In this document: positions 37,397-46,152 of the stretch, piece after piece
How positions within the stretch are numbered: the first letter of the stretch is position 1
Layout: each line of letters opens with the position of its first letter
DNA from: a virus
Taxonomy: Duplodnaviria; Caudoviricetes
Strand: one strand, 5' to 3'
IMG/VR virus record: IMGVR_UViG_3300036861_000225
Location: 1 to 54,260 of that record
Length of the DNA stretch: 54,260 nucleotides
Made by a program: the position numbers and the translations under genes
The notes under the pieces: generated by a model
What the model was told of the DNA's origin: nothing
What the model saw: only the letters and a program-made list of their open reading frames with translations
Databases searched by the model: none

Positions 37397-38001
37397 CCGA
37401 GTTCCTTCTCGATCGTCGACATCGGGAACCACTCCAGCGCGGACCCTGGCGTGCAGTTGAGTACTTCGCATTTGTGCTCTACGAGATCTTCCGCGAGTTT
37501 CTTGCCTTTGTGCCGCCACTCTTCAAACAATTGCGCCTGTACCAGCGGCTTCTCGTGGTCGCCGTGCCGGTGCTTCTCGCCGTTCGGCCCGAGCTTCATG
37601 TCCATGCCCAGCAGCAGGATACGCCGCGCGCTCCACAGAAACGCGAGATTGATCGCCTGAAAGCCTGAATTTCCATTGAGGTGCACCACGTTCAGGCCCA
37701 GCCCTTCGCGATTGCCGCCGCGCTGGCGGTTGAGCTGGAATCGCTCGGCCGCGCTGCCGTCTTGGGTCCACCGTTGCGACTTCGGGCACTGTGCCCTGAT
37801 GCGCGCGTGATGCACCTTCCAGAAGAGGTAGTCTCCCGCGTACACCACGTCCGCCCACGGCGCATACACGTACGCGGTGTTGACCGCGATCGTCTTGATC
37901 GGCCTATGGCACGACACCACAGCGTCGAGCTGCGCGTCGCTCAAGCTCGGGCCGGCGCAGATGACGACTGCGGTATGCGCGGACCAGTCAGGTGTTTTCA
38001 T
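37393..38001 (-). CDS. Maf/MptE (DUF115)-like, sialyltransferase-related fold protein
   Basis: AVVICAGPSL, IAVN, NSGFQAINLA, ILLLGMD, LNCTP. Confidence 0.75.
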   Translation of the reverse strand: MKTPDWSAHTAVVICAGPSLSDAQLDAVVSCHRPIKTIAVNTAYVYAPWADVVYAGDYLFWKVHHARIRAQCPKSQRWTQDGSAAERFQLNRQRGGNREGLGLNVVHLNGNSGFQAINLAFLWSARRILLLGMDMKLGPNGEKHRHGDHEKPLVQAQLFEEWRHKGKKLAEDLVEHKCEVLNCTPGSALEWFPMSTIEKELG

Positions 38002-38135
38002 CGGAGAGACAAGAGAGACAAGAGAGCGCACAGGATGGCGATGATCCCGCCGACGCGCGTGCGGGCAGTGAGAAGCCCGACGAACGAAAGCATGAACGCC
38101 ACGAATCCCAAGGCTTCGCGAAACGGTCCGTTCAT
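37998..38135 (-). CDS. Two-TM peptide, 45 aa (MNGPFREALG...)
   Basis: Read manually; overlaps both neighbours. Confidence 0.55.
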   Translation of the reverse strand: MNGPFREALGFVAFMLSFVGLLTARTRVGGIIAILCALLSLLSLR

Positions 38136-38425
38136 AACATTTCCGGGTCGCGTTCGCCGATGACTTTCAGCAGATGCGCGTTTTCGGTGCCAGTCACTCG
38201 GTAGAGTGTCAGCCCGCGGTATTGCCCATGCTGCAACACTTCAAACGTGGTGCCCTGGCTACAGCCGGCCATCAGCTCCAAGAACTTCGCATGGCCGATG
38301 AGCAGCCCCGTTGCGCGCAGCGGTTGAAGCCGCCGATCCGTGAAATCGCGCGGGTGAGGCGCGAGCGCACCGTAGCTTTCCAGCACCGCGCGCTGTTGCT
38401 CGATCTCAAGGTCGATGACGTTCAC
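38132..38425 (-). CDS. Hypothetical protein, 97 aa
   Basis: GGAGG SD, GTGA overlap. Confidence 0.65.
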   Translation of the reverse strand: MNVIDLEIEQQRAVLESYGALAPHPRDFTDRRLQPLRATGLLIGHAKFLELMAGCSQGTTFEVLQHGQYRGLTLYRVTGTENAHLLKVIGERDPEML

Positions 38426-38643
38426 GCCAAGTCCTCCAACACTTCACCATCCCATTCATACACGATCGCGTCAGGGCCATCGCCCATGCGCGCGCTCAAC
38501 GTCCCTTCACTCACGCCCGTCGGCCAGAGCGCGCCGAGAGCCGGAATCCCGTGGTCGCGTAGACACTTGAGAACGAAGATGCCGCGGTGCACGTCCTGGC
38601 CGAGATCCGCGAGCCGCGTCTTGCTGATGGTGACGGTGATCAT
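38422..38643 (-). CDS. Hypothetical protein, 73 aa
   Basis: ATGA overlap. Confidence 0.65.
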   Translation of the reverse strand: MITVTISKTRLADLGQDVHRGIFVLKCLRDHGIPALGALWPTGVSEGTLSARMGDGPDAIVYEWDGEVLEDLA

Positions 38644-39119
38644 TCGGGGACTGTAGCATTTGCTTCGCGCTCGCGCAACTCAAGTTCGAGTGCCGCGAGC
38701 AGGTTCCAGATCATTTGCGCACGGTGAAGGCAACCGGTCTGGGCGTCGACCCGTTCGCCTGTGCCGAACGAAAGCGCGTGTCGGCCGAAAGCATCCATGT
38801 ACCTCTCTTCGCCGTTCGGCACGGATGCCCACCCGTTAGGTGTGTACTTGGCCGCACCGACGGTCGTGACCTTGGCCACCTCGTCGATCGCGCGCGCGAA
38901 CCCGGCAATGCACAACCATACCCGGGTCTTTCCTGCGTCGAGTTTCGCGCCGGGCGTGTGCGCGTCGACTCCGTTAGGGTCGGCTTCGGCGAGCAGCGTG
39001 CGCGCCGGTCGGCAGGCCCGCTCATACCCATCTTTGTTCAGGCTCGGCGACCAGACAACCTCCACGTCGCCCACGACCGGGCACGGTTCGCCATCAGGCC
39101 AAGGAACCCAATCACTCAT
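38640..39119 (-). CDS. dATP/dGTP diphosphohydrolase-family (DUF5664-like) protein
   Basis: GAKLDAGK, GAAKY.PNGW, YMDAFGRH, D..TG.LH.A...WN. Confidence 0.85.
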   Translation of the reverse strand: MSDWVPWPDGEPCPVVGDVEVVWSPSLNKDGYERACRPARTLLAEADPNGVDAHTPGAKLDAGKTRVWLCIAGFARAIDEVAKVTTVGAAKYTPNGWASVPNGEERYMDAFGRHALSFGTGERVDAQTGCLHRAQMIWNLLAALELELREREANATVPE

Positions 39120-40663
39120 GCCAGTACCTCTTCCGGTTTGTGCGCAAGCGAGTCCATAGTCTCGTCTTGCAAGTATCGTTTCTCGATGAGCCGCGCGGCC
39201 ACGGCTTCGTCGATCGTGCCGCGGGCGAGGATCTGATAGACCATCACTTCGCGGTCAAAGCCCGCTTGTACCTGCCGCATCGGGCCGATGCGCTCGATGA
39301 TCTGATCGTGTGACTCAAGATCGTAGTTCAGTGCAAAGAACACGATGATGTGACACACGTTCTGAAAGCCGTCGACCCCGTGGCCGATGCTCTGGGGGTG
39401 GACGAAGGCGACCGGCACGCGGCCCGCCTTGAACTCGTCCTCGTCGCGCTTCGTGTCGATGTGCCGTCCTTGCGGGAAGCGCTTCTTGAGCCGCGCGAGA
39501 TCGGGCTTGAAGTGATAGGCCACGAGCACCGGCTCGCCCTGCGCTTCCTCGATGATCGACTCAAGAGCTTGCAGTTTCTCGTCGTGCGCTTCGACCCAGT
39601 GCGAGATATCGCTCTCGATCTCAGCCTCGGTGCCGGTGTAGACCGCGCCGTTTGCCAGCTGCAAGCACTTGATCAGTTTGGCCGACGCGGCGAAGGCCTC
39701 GATGTCGTGGCCGTCCAGTCGCGTGAACAGATCGCGCTCCATTTCGCGGTAGCGCTTGCGCGCGTCCGGCGGGAGGTCGACGTATACCGGCTGCACGATC
39801 GGCGCCTTAATGTTGAACCAGTCCTTCGGGTTGAACGCGAGCGCCACATCCTTGATACGGCCGATGATCTCGTCGAAGGCATGCGGAAACACGACGCGCT
39901 TGACGTAGGTCTTGTGCGCGGTCACCGCGTCCTTGGCGCGCTGGAAACCAAACCAGCGGCTCTCGAAGTCGTCGTAGCTGCGGCCCAGTCGCGCGCCGCG
40001 GTCGATGAACCACATCGGCCCCCACAGGTCCGTCAGCCCGTTCGGCGCAAAGGTGCCGGTGAGGTTGATCCAGAAGCGCGTGTGCTCGTGCGCGATCCTG
40101 GCGAGCGCCTGAGCTCGCTTGCCGCCTTGGCGCAGCCGGAAGGACTTCACGCGCGTCGCCTCGTCGGCCACGGCCAGCTGGAACGGCCACGCCTCGCCCA
40201 GGATCTCGACAAGTTGGGGCACGATGTCATAGTTCACGCACAGCACGTCGAGCTGCGCGATCACGGCGAGTCGCGAGCGGCGCGCGGCCGGGCGAAACTC
40301 TTCGACGCGCGCCCATAGTGCCTTGGTCTCTGCGCTCTTGGGGTCGCGCAGGTCTGCGGCGTCGGCCTTGCGCAGCACACGCAGGAACTCGCGCTCTGCG
40401 GGAGTCCACTCGATGAACTTGACGCGCAGGCCCGCGAACTGGGTCCACTTGTGCATTTCCTCGGGCCACGTGGAGCGGGCCACGCGCAGCGGCGCGAGAA
40501 CGATCGTCTTGCGCACCGTGCCCGCGAACATGCGGGCTTCGATGATGGACAAGACTGCGGGGGTTTTGCCCATCCCCATGCGCGCGAGCAATGCGCATCG
40601 ATCATGCGCAAGGCCGAAGTCGACCATCGGCGGTTGCCACGGACGCGGGGTGAAGTCACGCAT
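39116..40663 (-). CDS. SNF2-family helicase
   Basis: MGMGKT, VADEAT, LTGT.APNGL.DLW, GHGVDGFQ, Q..ERIGPMRQ. Confidence 0.93.
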   Translation of the reverse strand: MRDFTPRPWQPPMVDFGLAHDRCALLARMGMGKTPAVLSIIEARMFAGTVRKTIVLAPLRVARSTWPEEMHKWTQFAGLRVKFIEWTPAEREFLRVLRKADAADLRDPKSAETKALWARVEEFRPAARRSRLAVIAQLDVLCVNYDIVPQLVEILGEAWPFQLAVADEATRVKSFRLRQGGKRAQALARIAHEHTRFWINLTGTFAPNGLTDLWGPMWFIDRGARLGRSYDDFESRWFGFQRAKDAVTAHKTYVKRVVFPHAFDEIIGRIKDVALAFNPKDWFNIKAPIVQPVYVDLPPDARKRYREMERDLFTRLDGHDIEAFAASAKLIKCLQLANGAVYTGTEAEIESDISHWVEAHDEKLQALESIIEEAQGEPVLVAYHFKPDLARLKKRFPQGRHIDTKRDEDEFKAGRVPVAFVHPQSIGHGVDGFQNVCHIIVFFALNYDLESHDQIIERIGPMRQVQAGFDREVMVYQILARGTIDEAVAARLIEKRYLQDETMDSLAHKPEEVLA

Positions 40664-41546
40664 CTAGATACGCCCGGATGAAGGCCGCTGCTGCTTCCGC
40701 GTTGATCGCGTTGCCATAGGCGCGCAGGCGTCCCACTCTGGCGGGAGCCCCATGAGCCAGCGGGAATGTGCCGGGTTCAACTGGCCTCCACTCGGGGCCG
40801 TCTCTGTCGTCACACAGAAGCCACTCCACCGAACCCCAATGACTCCCCACGCCTGCCGCCCTAGGAGGGCAGTGATCGGCACGTTCGGCGTGAAGCTCCC
40901 GTCTTTCCAATCCCGGGTTGTCGGCGTCGCCCACAAGGACAGGCGGGCCACTGCGGCCAAATCCGGGCCGCGCGATCGCATCGCTTCCGCGATGCCGCCC
41001 TCCCTCGACCGCACACCTTTGTGAGCGAGCGCGCTTGTAGGTGTCGGCCACGAAGAACAACCGTTGTCGGATGTGCGGCGCACCGACGCCCGCAGCGCAC
41101 AGATCAACCGCCCCGAGGGCGTGCTTCGCTCTTTCCATGTCAGCGTGAACAAGGTCGAGCCAAGCAAGTCCGTCTTGGCTCGCAACCTGCTCGCCAAAGA
41201 TAGGGACAGCGCGCGGCTTCGCTCGCTCAATGAGGTGGAACCACGCAGGCCACAGGTGCCGCTCGTCAGCAAACCCAGCTCCTTTGCCTGCCGCGCTGAA
41301 AGGTTGGCAAGGACATGATCCCGTCCAGCAAACTCGATCATCACTCCAACCTGCTCGACGAAGTGCGTAGGACCACACGCCGATGCCAGCGAAGAAATGA
41401 CATTGTGTGAAGCCTTCCAAGTCGGAAGGGATGACATCCTCGATGCTTCGCTCGTCAACGACTCCGGGGGCGATGTGCCCTGCGTCAATGAGGTTTCGGA
41501 GCCACTGAGCAGCATAGGGATCGATCTCGTTGTAGTAGGCGGTCAT
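40656..41546 (-). CDS. DNA cytosine-C5 methyltransferase, alpha subunit (lacks motif IX)
   Basis: MTAYYNEID start; motif [39 protein letters not shown]. Confidence 0.9.
   Translation of the reverse strand: MTAYYNEIDPYAAQWLRNLIDAGHIAPGVVDERSIEDVIPSDLEGFTQCHFFAGIGVWSYALRRAGWSDDRVCWTGSCPCQPFSAAGKGAGFADERHLWPAWFHLIERAKPRAVPIFGEQVASQDGLAWLDLVHADMERAKHALGAVDLCAAGVGAPHIRQRLFFVADTYKRARSQRCAVEGGRHRGSDAIARPGFGRSGPPVLVGDADNPGLERRELHAERADHCPPRAAGVGSHWGSVEWLLCDDRDGPEWRPVEPGTFPLAHGAPARVGRLRAYGNAINAEAAAAFIRAYLDA
40664..41515 (-). CDS. C5 methyltransferase beta subunit nested in an alternative frame (true start uncertain, probably internal)
   Basis: WPTPT and [14 protein letters not shown]-like repeats; motif IX-like [14 protein letters not shown]. 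Confidence 0.75.
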   Translation of the reverse strand: MLLSGSETSLTQGTSPPESLTSEASRMSSLPTWKASHNVISSLASACGPTHFVEQVGVMIEFAGRDHVLANLSARQAKELGLLTSGTCGLRGSTSLSERSRALSLSLASRLRAKTDLLGSTLFTLTWKERSTPSGRLICALRASVRRTSDNGCSSWPTPTSALAHKGVRSREGGIAEAMRSRGPDLAAVARLSLWATPTTRDWKDGSFTPNVPITALLGRQAWGVIGVRWSGFCVTTETAPSGGQLNPAHSRWLMGLPPEWDACAPMATRSTRKQQRPSSGRI

Positions 41547-41851
41547 GTCGGCGGCAACCACGCATCCAACTGCGCGAGTGTGGAGATCACGAGGACCGTG
41601 CAGCCCGCCGAGTGCATGCGCTCGTGCTCGCGCGCCTGCGCGGCCGTGGGCTTGCCGTCCGGGGCCTTGGTTTCGATGAAGGGGTGTGTCCCCGCGAGGC
41701 GTGTCAACTGCGTTTCGTGCCAACCCTCGGGGAACAAGCACAGCACGTCCGGCGCGTTCCGCCGGCCCAGCCAGCTCACAGCCCGGATCTCGCCCCCATA
41801 GGCTTCGACGCGCTCTTTCAGCGCTTTTCGGATCTTGCCTTCGGCGGCCAT
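41543..41851 (-). CDS. VRR-NUC domain nuclease
   Basis: E..I...L...V...GG, APD, FIETKAP.GKPT..Q..EH; GAGGA SD. Confidence 0.9.
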   Translation of the reverse strand: MAAEGKIRKALKERVEAYGGEIRAVSWLGRRNAPDVLCLFPEGWHETQLTRLAGTHPFIETKAPDGKPTAAQAREHERMHSAGCTVLVISTLAQLDAWLPPT

Positions 41852-42180
41852 CTCGGGTTCCTCTGCTGACTCAGTTTCGAATTCTCGCTGCGGGTTTCCA
41901 GGGTCCAGTGATCGGGGTTGATGCAGAGCGTGTTGCCGCACCGGTGCTCGGTGGTCTGGGTCTCTGGATCGAGCGGTACATCATGGAACTGCTGTTCCAT
42001 TTCGCGGTGCGCGGCGACGGTCACGAGCTCGCCGTCGACGCGCTTGTTCAGGCGGCCGTAAGGCCAGCGCTTGCCGCACGTGCGGCCGGTCCATACCCAG
42101 CACCCGTTCTCGTTCTGGTCCTCGGGCTTTTCGCTGTTCGCAACGAGCCTCTGGAACATCGTCACGTACTTCTGCGCCAT
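41818..42180 (-). CDS. HNH endonuclease of the Cys-containing type (distinct from the AP2-type copies)
   Basis: GCWVWTG, YGR, AHR, HRCGNTLCINPDHW...SEN. Confidence 0.85.
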   Translation of the reverse strand: MAQKYVTMFQRLVANSEKPEDQNENGCWVWTGRTCGKRWPYGRLNKRVDGELVTVAAHREMEQQFHDVPLDPETQTTEHRCGNTLCINPDHWTLETRSENSKLSQQRNPRWPPKARSEKR

Positions 42181-42503
42181 CAGGCCGCTCGCATACGCCA
42201 CACGCTCGATCGGTGCACGCCCGTGCTCGCAGCGATCTCCCGCACGCTGCCGGCTGCGGCGCGCACTGCCTCGATCGGTCGCCCAGGTGGCAGTGCCACG
42301 GCGGGCGCATCGAGGATGCCCGCGCCCACGCCGAGCAGCACAGCATGCGGCAGCGTGGACGCGCCAAGGTTGCGCTTGATCTTCACGATCGCGTCCTCAA
42401 CGGCCGACTCGGTAATGCCCAGCAGCGGCGCGACTTGCTTGAGCCGGTTCCCTTGCGCGATGAGTGTCAGCACTTCGCGCTGGCGTTCGGTGAGCTGCCT
42501 CAT
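42180..42503 (-). CDS. LuxR-type HTH protein with a second C-terminal HTH
   Basis: LTERQREVLTLIAQG..LKQVA.LLGITESAV; SVREIAASTGVHRSSVWR. Confidence 0.8.
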   Translation of the reverse strand: MRQLTERQREVLTLIAQGNRLKQVAPLLGITESAVEDAIVKIKRNLGASTLPHAVLLGVGAGILDAPAVALPPGRPIEAVRAAAGSVREIAASTGVHRSSVWRMRAA

Positions 42504-42769
42504 GCTTGCACCTCGCTGAATGCATCCGCGCCGATCTCGCACTTGTGCTGACGCTTGCTGCGCGCGTCGAAGAGCACGGACCGCTCGCCGCGGCCATCGG
42601 CTTGCGTGACACGCTGCCAGTACAGCCCCGCGGCGCCGCAGCGCTTGCACACGATGTCGTCCTCTTCGCCGAGTTCGGCGTAGTCGGGATCGTAGTCTTC
42701 GGAGAGCACGCCGTCTTCGTACGTGTGCCCCGCGTGCTCTCGGAGGTCTCTTGATCTGCCCACGTTCAC
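42500..42769 (-). CDS. Small zinc-ribbon protein
   Basis: CKRCG..GLYW...H.C. Confidence 0.65.
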   Translation of the reverse strand: MNVGRSRDLREHAGHTYEDGVLSEDYDPDYAELGEEDDIVCKRCGAAGLYWQRVTQADGRGERSVLFDARSKRQHKCEIGADAFSEVQA

Positions 42770-44943
42770 CCCTTCTCGTAGCGCTTGGTTGTGAACCCTG
42801 CCGCTGCGAGCGGCAAGCCCTGATTCCATCCTAAATCACTGCACATGAGTGTAGCAAGTGCTTCGTGCGAAAAAGCGTCCGTGTCGGGGGTTTCCGTGAC
42901 GAGCTCGTCGTGCACGCCGAAGATCACTTCGTAGCCGGCCGCTTCCGCAAGAGGTATGCCGCCTGCCAGTTGATCGCGAGCCACGGCTTGCGTGACGTTC
43001 TCGAATAGCTTGCCCCCGTAGGTCTTCGTCGGGCCCCATTGCTTCGTGTACGGGTTGAGCCCGATGAAACTGATCTTGTCGCTCTTGTCGATCGTCGGCG
43101 AGAAGTAGCACAGCGCCCGGCCGCTGGGCAGACCGATGCGCAGCCAAGAGCCATCGCGGCGTACCTTGAGCTTGCGCACTTGGAGAGTGACACTGGGCGT
43201 CGCGATCGCGGTACGCACGGCGTTCTCCAGTTCCTTCCAGAGCGAAGAGATAGCGGGATGCGCCTTGCGCCACAAGCGTTTGATCGCGTCGCACGCGATG
43301 AAGGTCTTTTCGGAGAGACCGTAGCGCGCCTTGAACTTCGCGGCCTCCGGGTCTTTCGATCCCTCGGGAACCGTGTCATACAACCACCGCAGGAAGCCCT
43401 CTGCCTCTTCCTTCTCGGTCTCGGGCAACACATCCCACACGGCTTCCGTCATGGCCGCGAGATCGATGCCGTAGGTCGCAGCCCCGGTGATCCACGCGCC
43501 AACGCCGCCTTGGTACTGAAACATCAGTTCTTCGACTTTGCCGATCTGGCGCTGCTCCTTGTTCACGTCATCAGGGCTGACATTAAACGACTTCGCGTAG
43601 GCGAGCTTGTAGAGGTCGGGCCCCTCGCCCGTGTCGTAGTCGCGGAACGCTTGCAGCTTCCAGTCCTCACCGGCGAGCCAAGCTGCGACCCGGCCCTCGA
43701 TGTTCGCCAAGTCGGCGATGACCAGCTTGCGGCCCGGCGGCGCGATGATGGCGCCACGCACGGCCGCACCGGCGAGCGCGCGCACGTTGCTGTGGGTCAG
43801 GTCTTCCGCGCCCGCGAGCATCGCCTCGATGCCCGTGGTGACGTACTCGTGGATGTGGTGATCCTTGATCGCGGTCTTGTCGATGCCGTGCCACTGCGCG
43901 ATGACGTCGACCGGCGGGCGCATCAGATTGCCCGGCTGGAACATGCGGTGAGCCCAGCGGCCCGTGCGGCTCGCGCCGCAAAACTGCTGGAGACCGCGCA
44001 GCCGGCCGTCGCTGCTCACGCCGTTGAGCAACGCCGTGTACTTCGATGCGCTGTTCATGGACGCTTGCAGCCGGATCGCGAGCAGGTCGCGCACGCTCTG
44101 AGGCAGGTCCGGGTCGTTCATGCGCCGCTCAAGCGTGTCGGCCTTCATGTCGGGCAGCGTCACGCCATGCGCGTCGAGCACGTAGGCCAACAGCGCATCG
44201 CGCTGCGTGGTGCTCGCGACTGCACCCTCGGTGATCTCCGAGGTCTGGTCCGCGAGCTTGTCGAGTGAGGATTTGGCCGCGCGCACCGCGGCGCGAGCGA
44301 GATCCTGGTCGACGAACGCCCCGCGGGCGTTGATCTTCAGGTCAAGGTGCCACAGCGCGAGCTCGGCGCCCTTGTAGTTCCACATTGGCACGCGCCGGTG
44401 CACCTCGCGCATCGCCTCGATGTCCTGGCCAGCGTAGGCGACGAACTCGGCCCACTCCGCGGGGTGCGTCTTCGCGGTCGCGCGCCGCGTGCCGTGCTTC
44501 TTGAAGAACGCATCGTTCTGCGGTTTGCAGAAGAGGTGGATCAGGTTGCGACCGCCGGCTGACTTGCGCTTGCCCTGGTCGAGGCGCAGCACCTCGCCGA
44601 GCGTGCCCAGCGCGCCGGGCAACCCGTGGCAGTAGGCTTGCACCATCGTGTCGCGGCGCCGGTGCATCGGGATGCGCGCCGCCACCTCGGGCATCGCGTG
44701 TTCCAACACAACGAAGTCGAAGGCGCCGCCATTGTGGAACCAGATCAGGCACTCAGGATCGTCGATCGACTCGTCGAGCGCCGTGGGCATGCGTTTGCCG
44801 CTGGTGATGTCCCACACGTCAGTCGCGCCGTCGTCGATCGCGTAGGCCCAGATCATCACCTCGGCATCTTCGGCGTATCGGTGCGTGCCGTGGGTGATCG
44901 GGACCGGAGAGAAGGTCTCCAGATCGGAGAAGTTGTCACGCAC
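42766..44943 (-). CDS. Family A DNA polymerase with 3'-5' exonuclease (SPO2/APSE-like)
   Basis: Exo I DLET; RTGRWA; motif A DLANIEGR; motif B RQIGK....Y; motif C VHDELV. Confidence 0.95.
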   Translation of the reverse strand: MRDNFSDLETFSPVPITHGTHRYAEDAEVMIWAYAIDDGATDVWDITSGKRMPTALDESIDDPECLIWFHNGGAFDFVVLEHAMPEVAARIPMHRRRDTMVQAYCHGLPGALGTLGEVLRLDQGKRKSAGGRNLIHLFCKPQNDAFFKKHGTRRATAKTHPAEWAEFVAYAGQDIEAMREVHRRVPMWNYKGAELALWHLDLKINARGAFVDQDLARAAVRAAKSSLDKLADQTSEITEGAVASTTQRDALLAYVLDAHGVTLPDMKADTLERRMNDPDLPQSVRDLLAIRLQASMNSASKYTALLNGVSSDGRLRGLQQFCGASRTGRWAHRMFQPGNLMRPPVDVIAQWHGIDKTAIKDHHIHEYVTTGIEAMLAGAEDLTHSNVRALAGAAVRGAIIAPPGRKLVIADLANIEGRVAAWLAGEDWKLQAFRDYDTGEGPDLYKLAYAKSFNVSPDDVNKEQRQIGKVEELMFQYQGGVGAWITGAATYGIDLAAMTEAVWDVLPETEKEEAEGFLRWLYDTVPEGSKDPEAAKFKARYGLSEKTFIACDAIKRLWRKAHPAISSLWKELENAVRTAIATPSVTLQVRKLKVRRDGSWLRIGLPSGRALCYFSPTIDKSDKISFIGLNPYTKQWGPTKTYGGKLFENVTQAVARDQLAGGIPLAEAAGYEVIFGVHDELVTETPDTDAFSHEALATLMCSDLGWNQGLPLAAAGFTTKRYEKG

Positions 44944-45262
44944 CGCGCAGCTCCAGTTCCACGATCTCCATGTCGCCGCGGATGCGCGGCGCTGGCGGCG
45001 CGGTGACGATCATTTCGTCGTAGTCCTCGGGGCCGTCGAAGTAACTGTGGCTCACGCCCTGGTTGCGTTCCCACTTGCCTTGCAGCCACATCGTCAGTGC
45101 ATTGCGCGCCGATTGCAGCGTGAAGAACAGACGCGGATTCTTGTCGTGCGGCTTGTCTAGTTCGTCGCCCGGGATCCAGTGGGACCGCCCGCCAGGGGTG
45201 CGGTTCAGCCTATGCGGCATCCATTCACCGGTCGGCTTGTGCCTGATCGCGAAGACCTTCAT
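44936..45262 (-). CDS. Hypothetical protein (MKVFAIRHKPTG...)
   Basis: Perfect AGGAGG SD at 45275..45270. Confidence 0.75.
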   Translation of the reverse strand: MKVFAIRHKPTGEWMPHRLNRTPGGRSHWIPGDELDKPHDKNPRLFFTLQSARNALTMWLQGKWERNQGVSHSYFDGPEDYDEMIVTAPPAPRIRGDMEIVELELRGA

Positions 45263-45275
45263 TGCATGACCTCCT

Positions 45276-45447
45276 GCATTTTGGTGGGGGACCGCGCAGA
45301 CGGTTCTTACTGCGGCGATGCACCGGGGCCCAGCAAGCCGAGCCATCCCTCACCAAAATGCTGCCCCTTACGGGGGCAAGTCGCCAGTGCTGTAACTCAC
45401 TGGGGACCGGCCGCAGCCGGTGGCTTCAGGCCTGCGGGTAGCAGGCC
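45276..45447 (-). ncRNA. Candidate structured intergenic RNA: four short hairpins plus a 16-bp long-range stem
   Basis: Inverted repeats 45276..45291/45346..45361, 45362..45378, 45384..45403, 45406..45421, 45429..45447. Confidence 0.5.
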
Positions 45448-45455
45448 GTTGGAAG

Positions 45456-46097
45456 TCAGCTCAAGTCGTCGGCGTCGCTGCCGTCCGCCACTTCGCCGAA
45501 CGCCTCGGTCACCGGCGCCGTGGCGCCGCTGAACGCATCGCCGTCGCGCAGGCGCTGGATGACCATGAGCGTTGCGCGCAGGCCCTTGCCGGCCTTGTTG
45601 TCCTGCGCCCAGAGCTCGACTTGCGCGTTGACGTACATGCCCGAGTAGATGCGGCCGGCCTTGCCCGACAGCAGCGCGCCGCTGGCGCGGTCGTAGACCG
45701 GCGACAGGTCCGTGTCGATCACGATCGGGCGCTGCTGGTCCTCGGTGCGGTGCGAGGCCAAGATCCAGACGCCTTCCACGTCCTTGCGCGCACCGTCTTG
45801 CCAGCAGCAGCCCTTGGGGTCGGGCAGGATGTTGGCGAGGTGCATCTTGGCCTTGTCGTTCCACTTCTCGGTGGCGACCTTGACCATCGCGTCATCGATG
45901 AACTTCTTGGCGGCCACCGGCGAGCCGACGACCTTCTTGTCGATCACGAACTGCGCGAGGCTTTGCGGGCCGATGTGGAACGAGGCGGACCAACGCCGCT
46001 TGTCGTTCTCGCGCTGCTTCTGACCCTGGAAATACTCCGGGGCGTCGAGCTTGGGATAGGAGAGGCGAACGTCTTTCAGGAGAACAACGAGACCCAT
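45456..46097 (-). CDS. ssb: ssDNA-binding protein (DUF2815 / Enc34-type)
   Basis: VRLSYP.L, IYSGMYVNA, G.GL...L..IQ.LRDGDAF, acidic tail; in a DUF2800-SSB-PolA module. Confidence 0.88.
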   Translation of the reverse strand: MGLVVLLKDVRLSYPKLDAPEYFQGQKQRENDKRRWSASFHIGPQSLAQFVIDKKVVGSPVAAKKFIDDAMVKVATEKWNDKAKMHLANILPDPKGCCWQDGARKDVEGVWILASHRTEDQQRPIVIDTDLSPVYDRASGALLSGKAGRIYSGMYVNAQVELWAQDNKAGKGLRATLMVIQRLRDGDAFSGATAPVTEAFGEVADGSDADDLS

Positions 46098-46152
46098 GAT
46101 GGGCTTTCCTTTCGGGTTTGTGCAAACGGCTTACGGCTTGCGGGTTGGGGAA

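Noticed and set aside
40255-40410. About 50-aa helical insertion in the SNF2 helicase as a mini-intein
   Set aside because: No C/S start or HN-C/S/T end; more likely a lineage-specific loop
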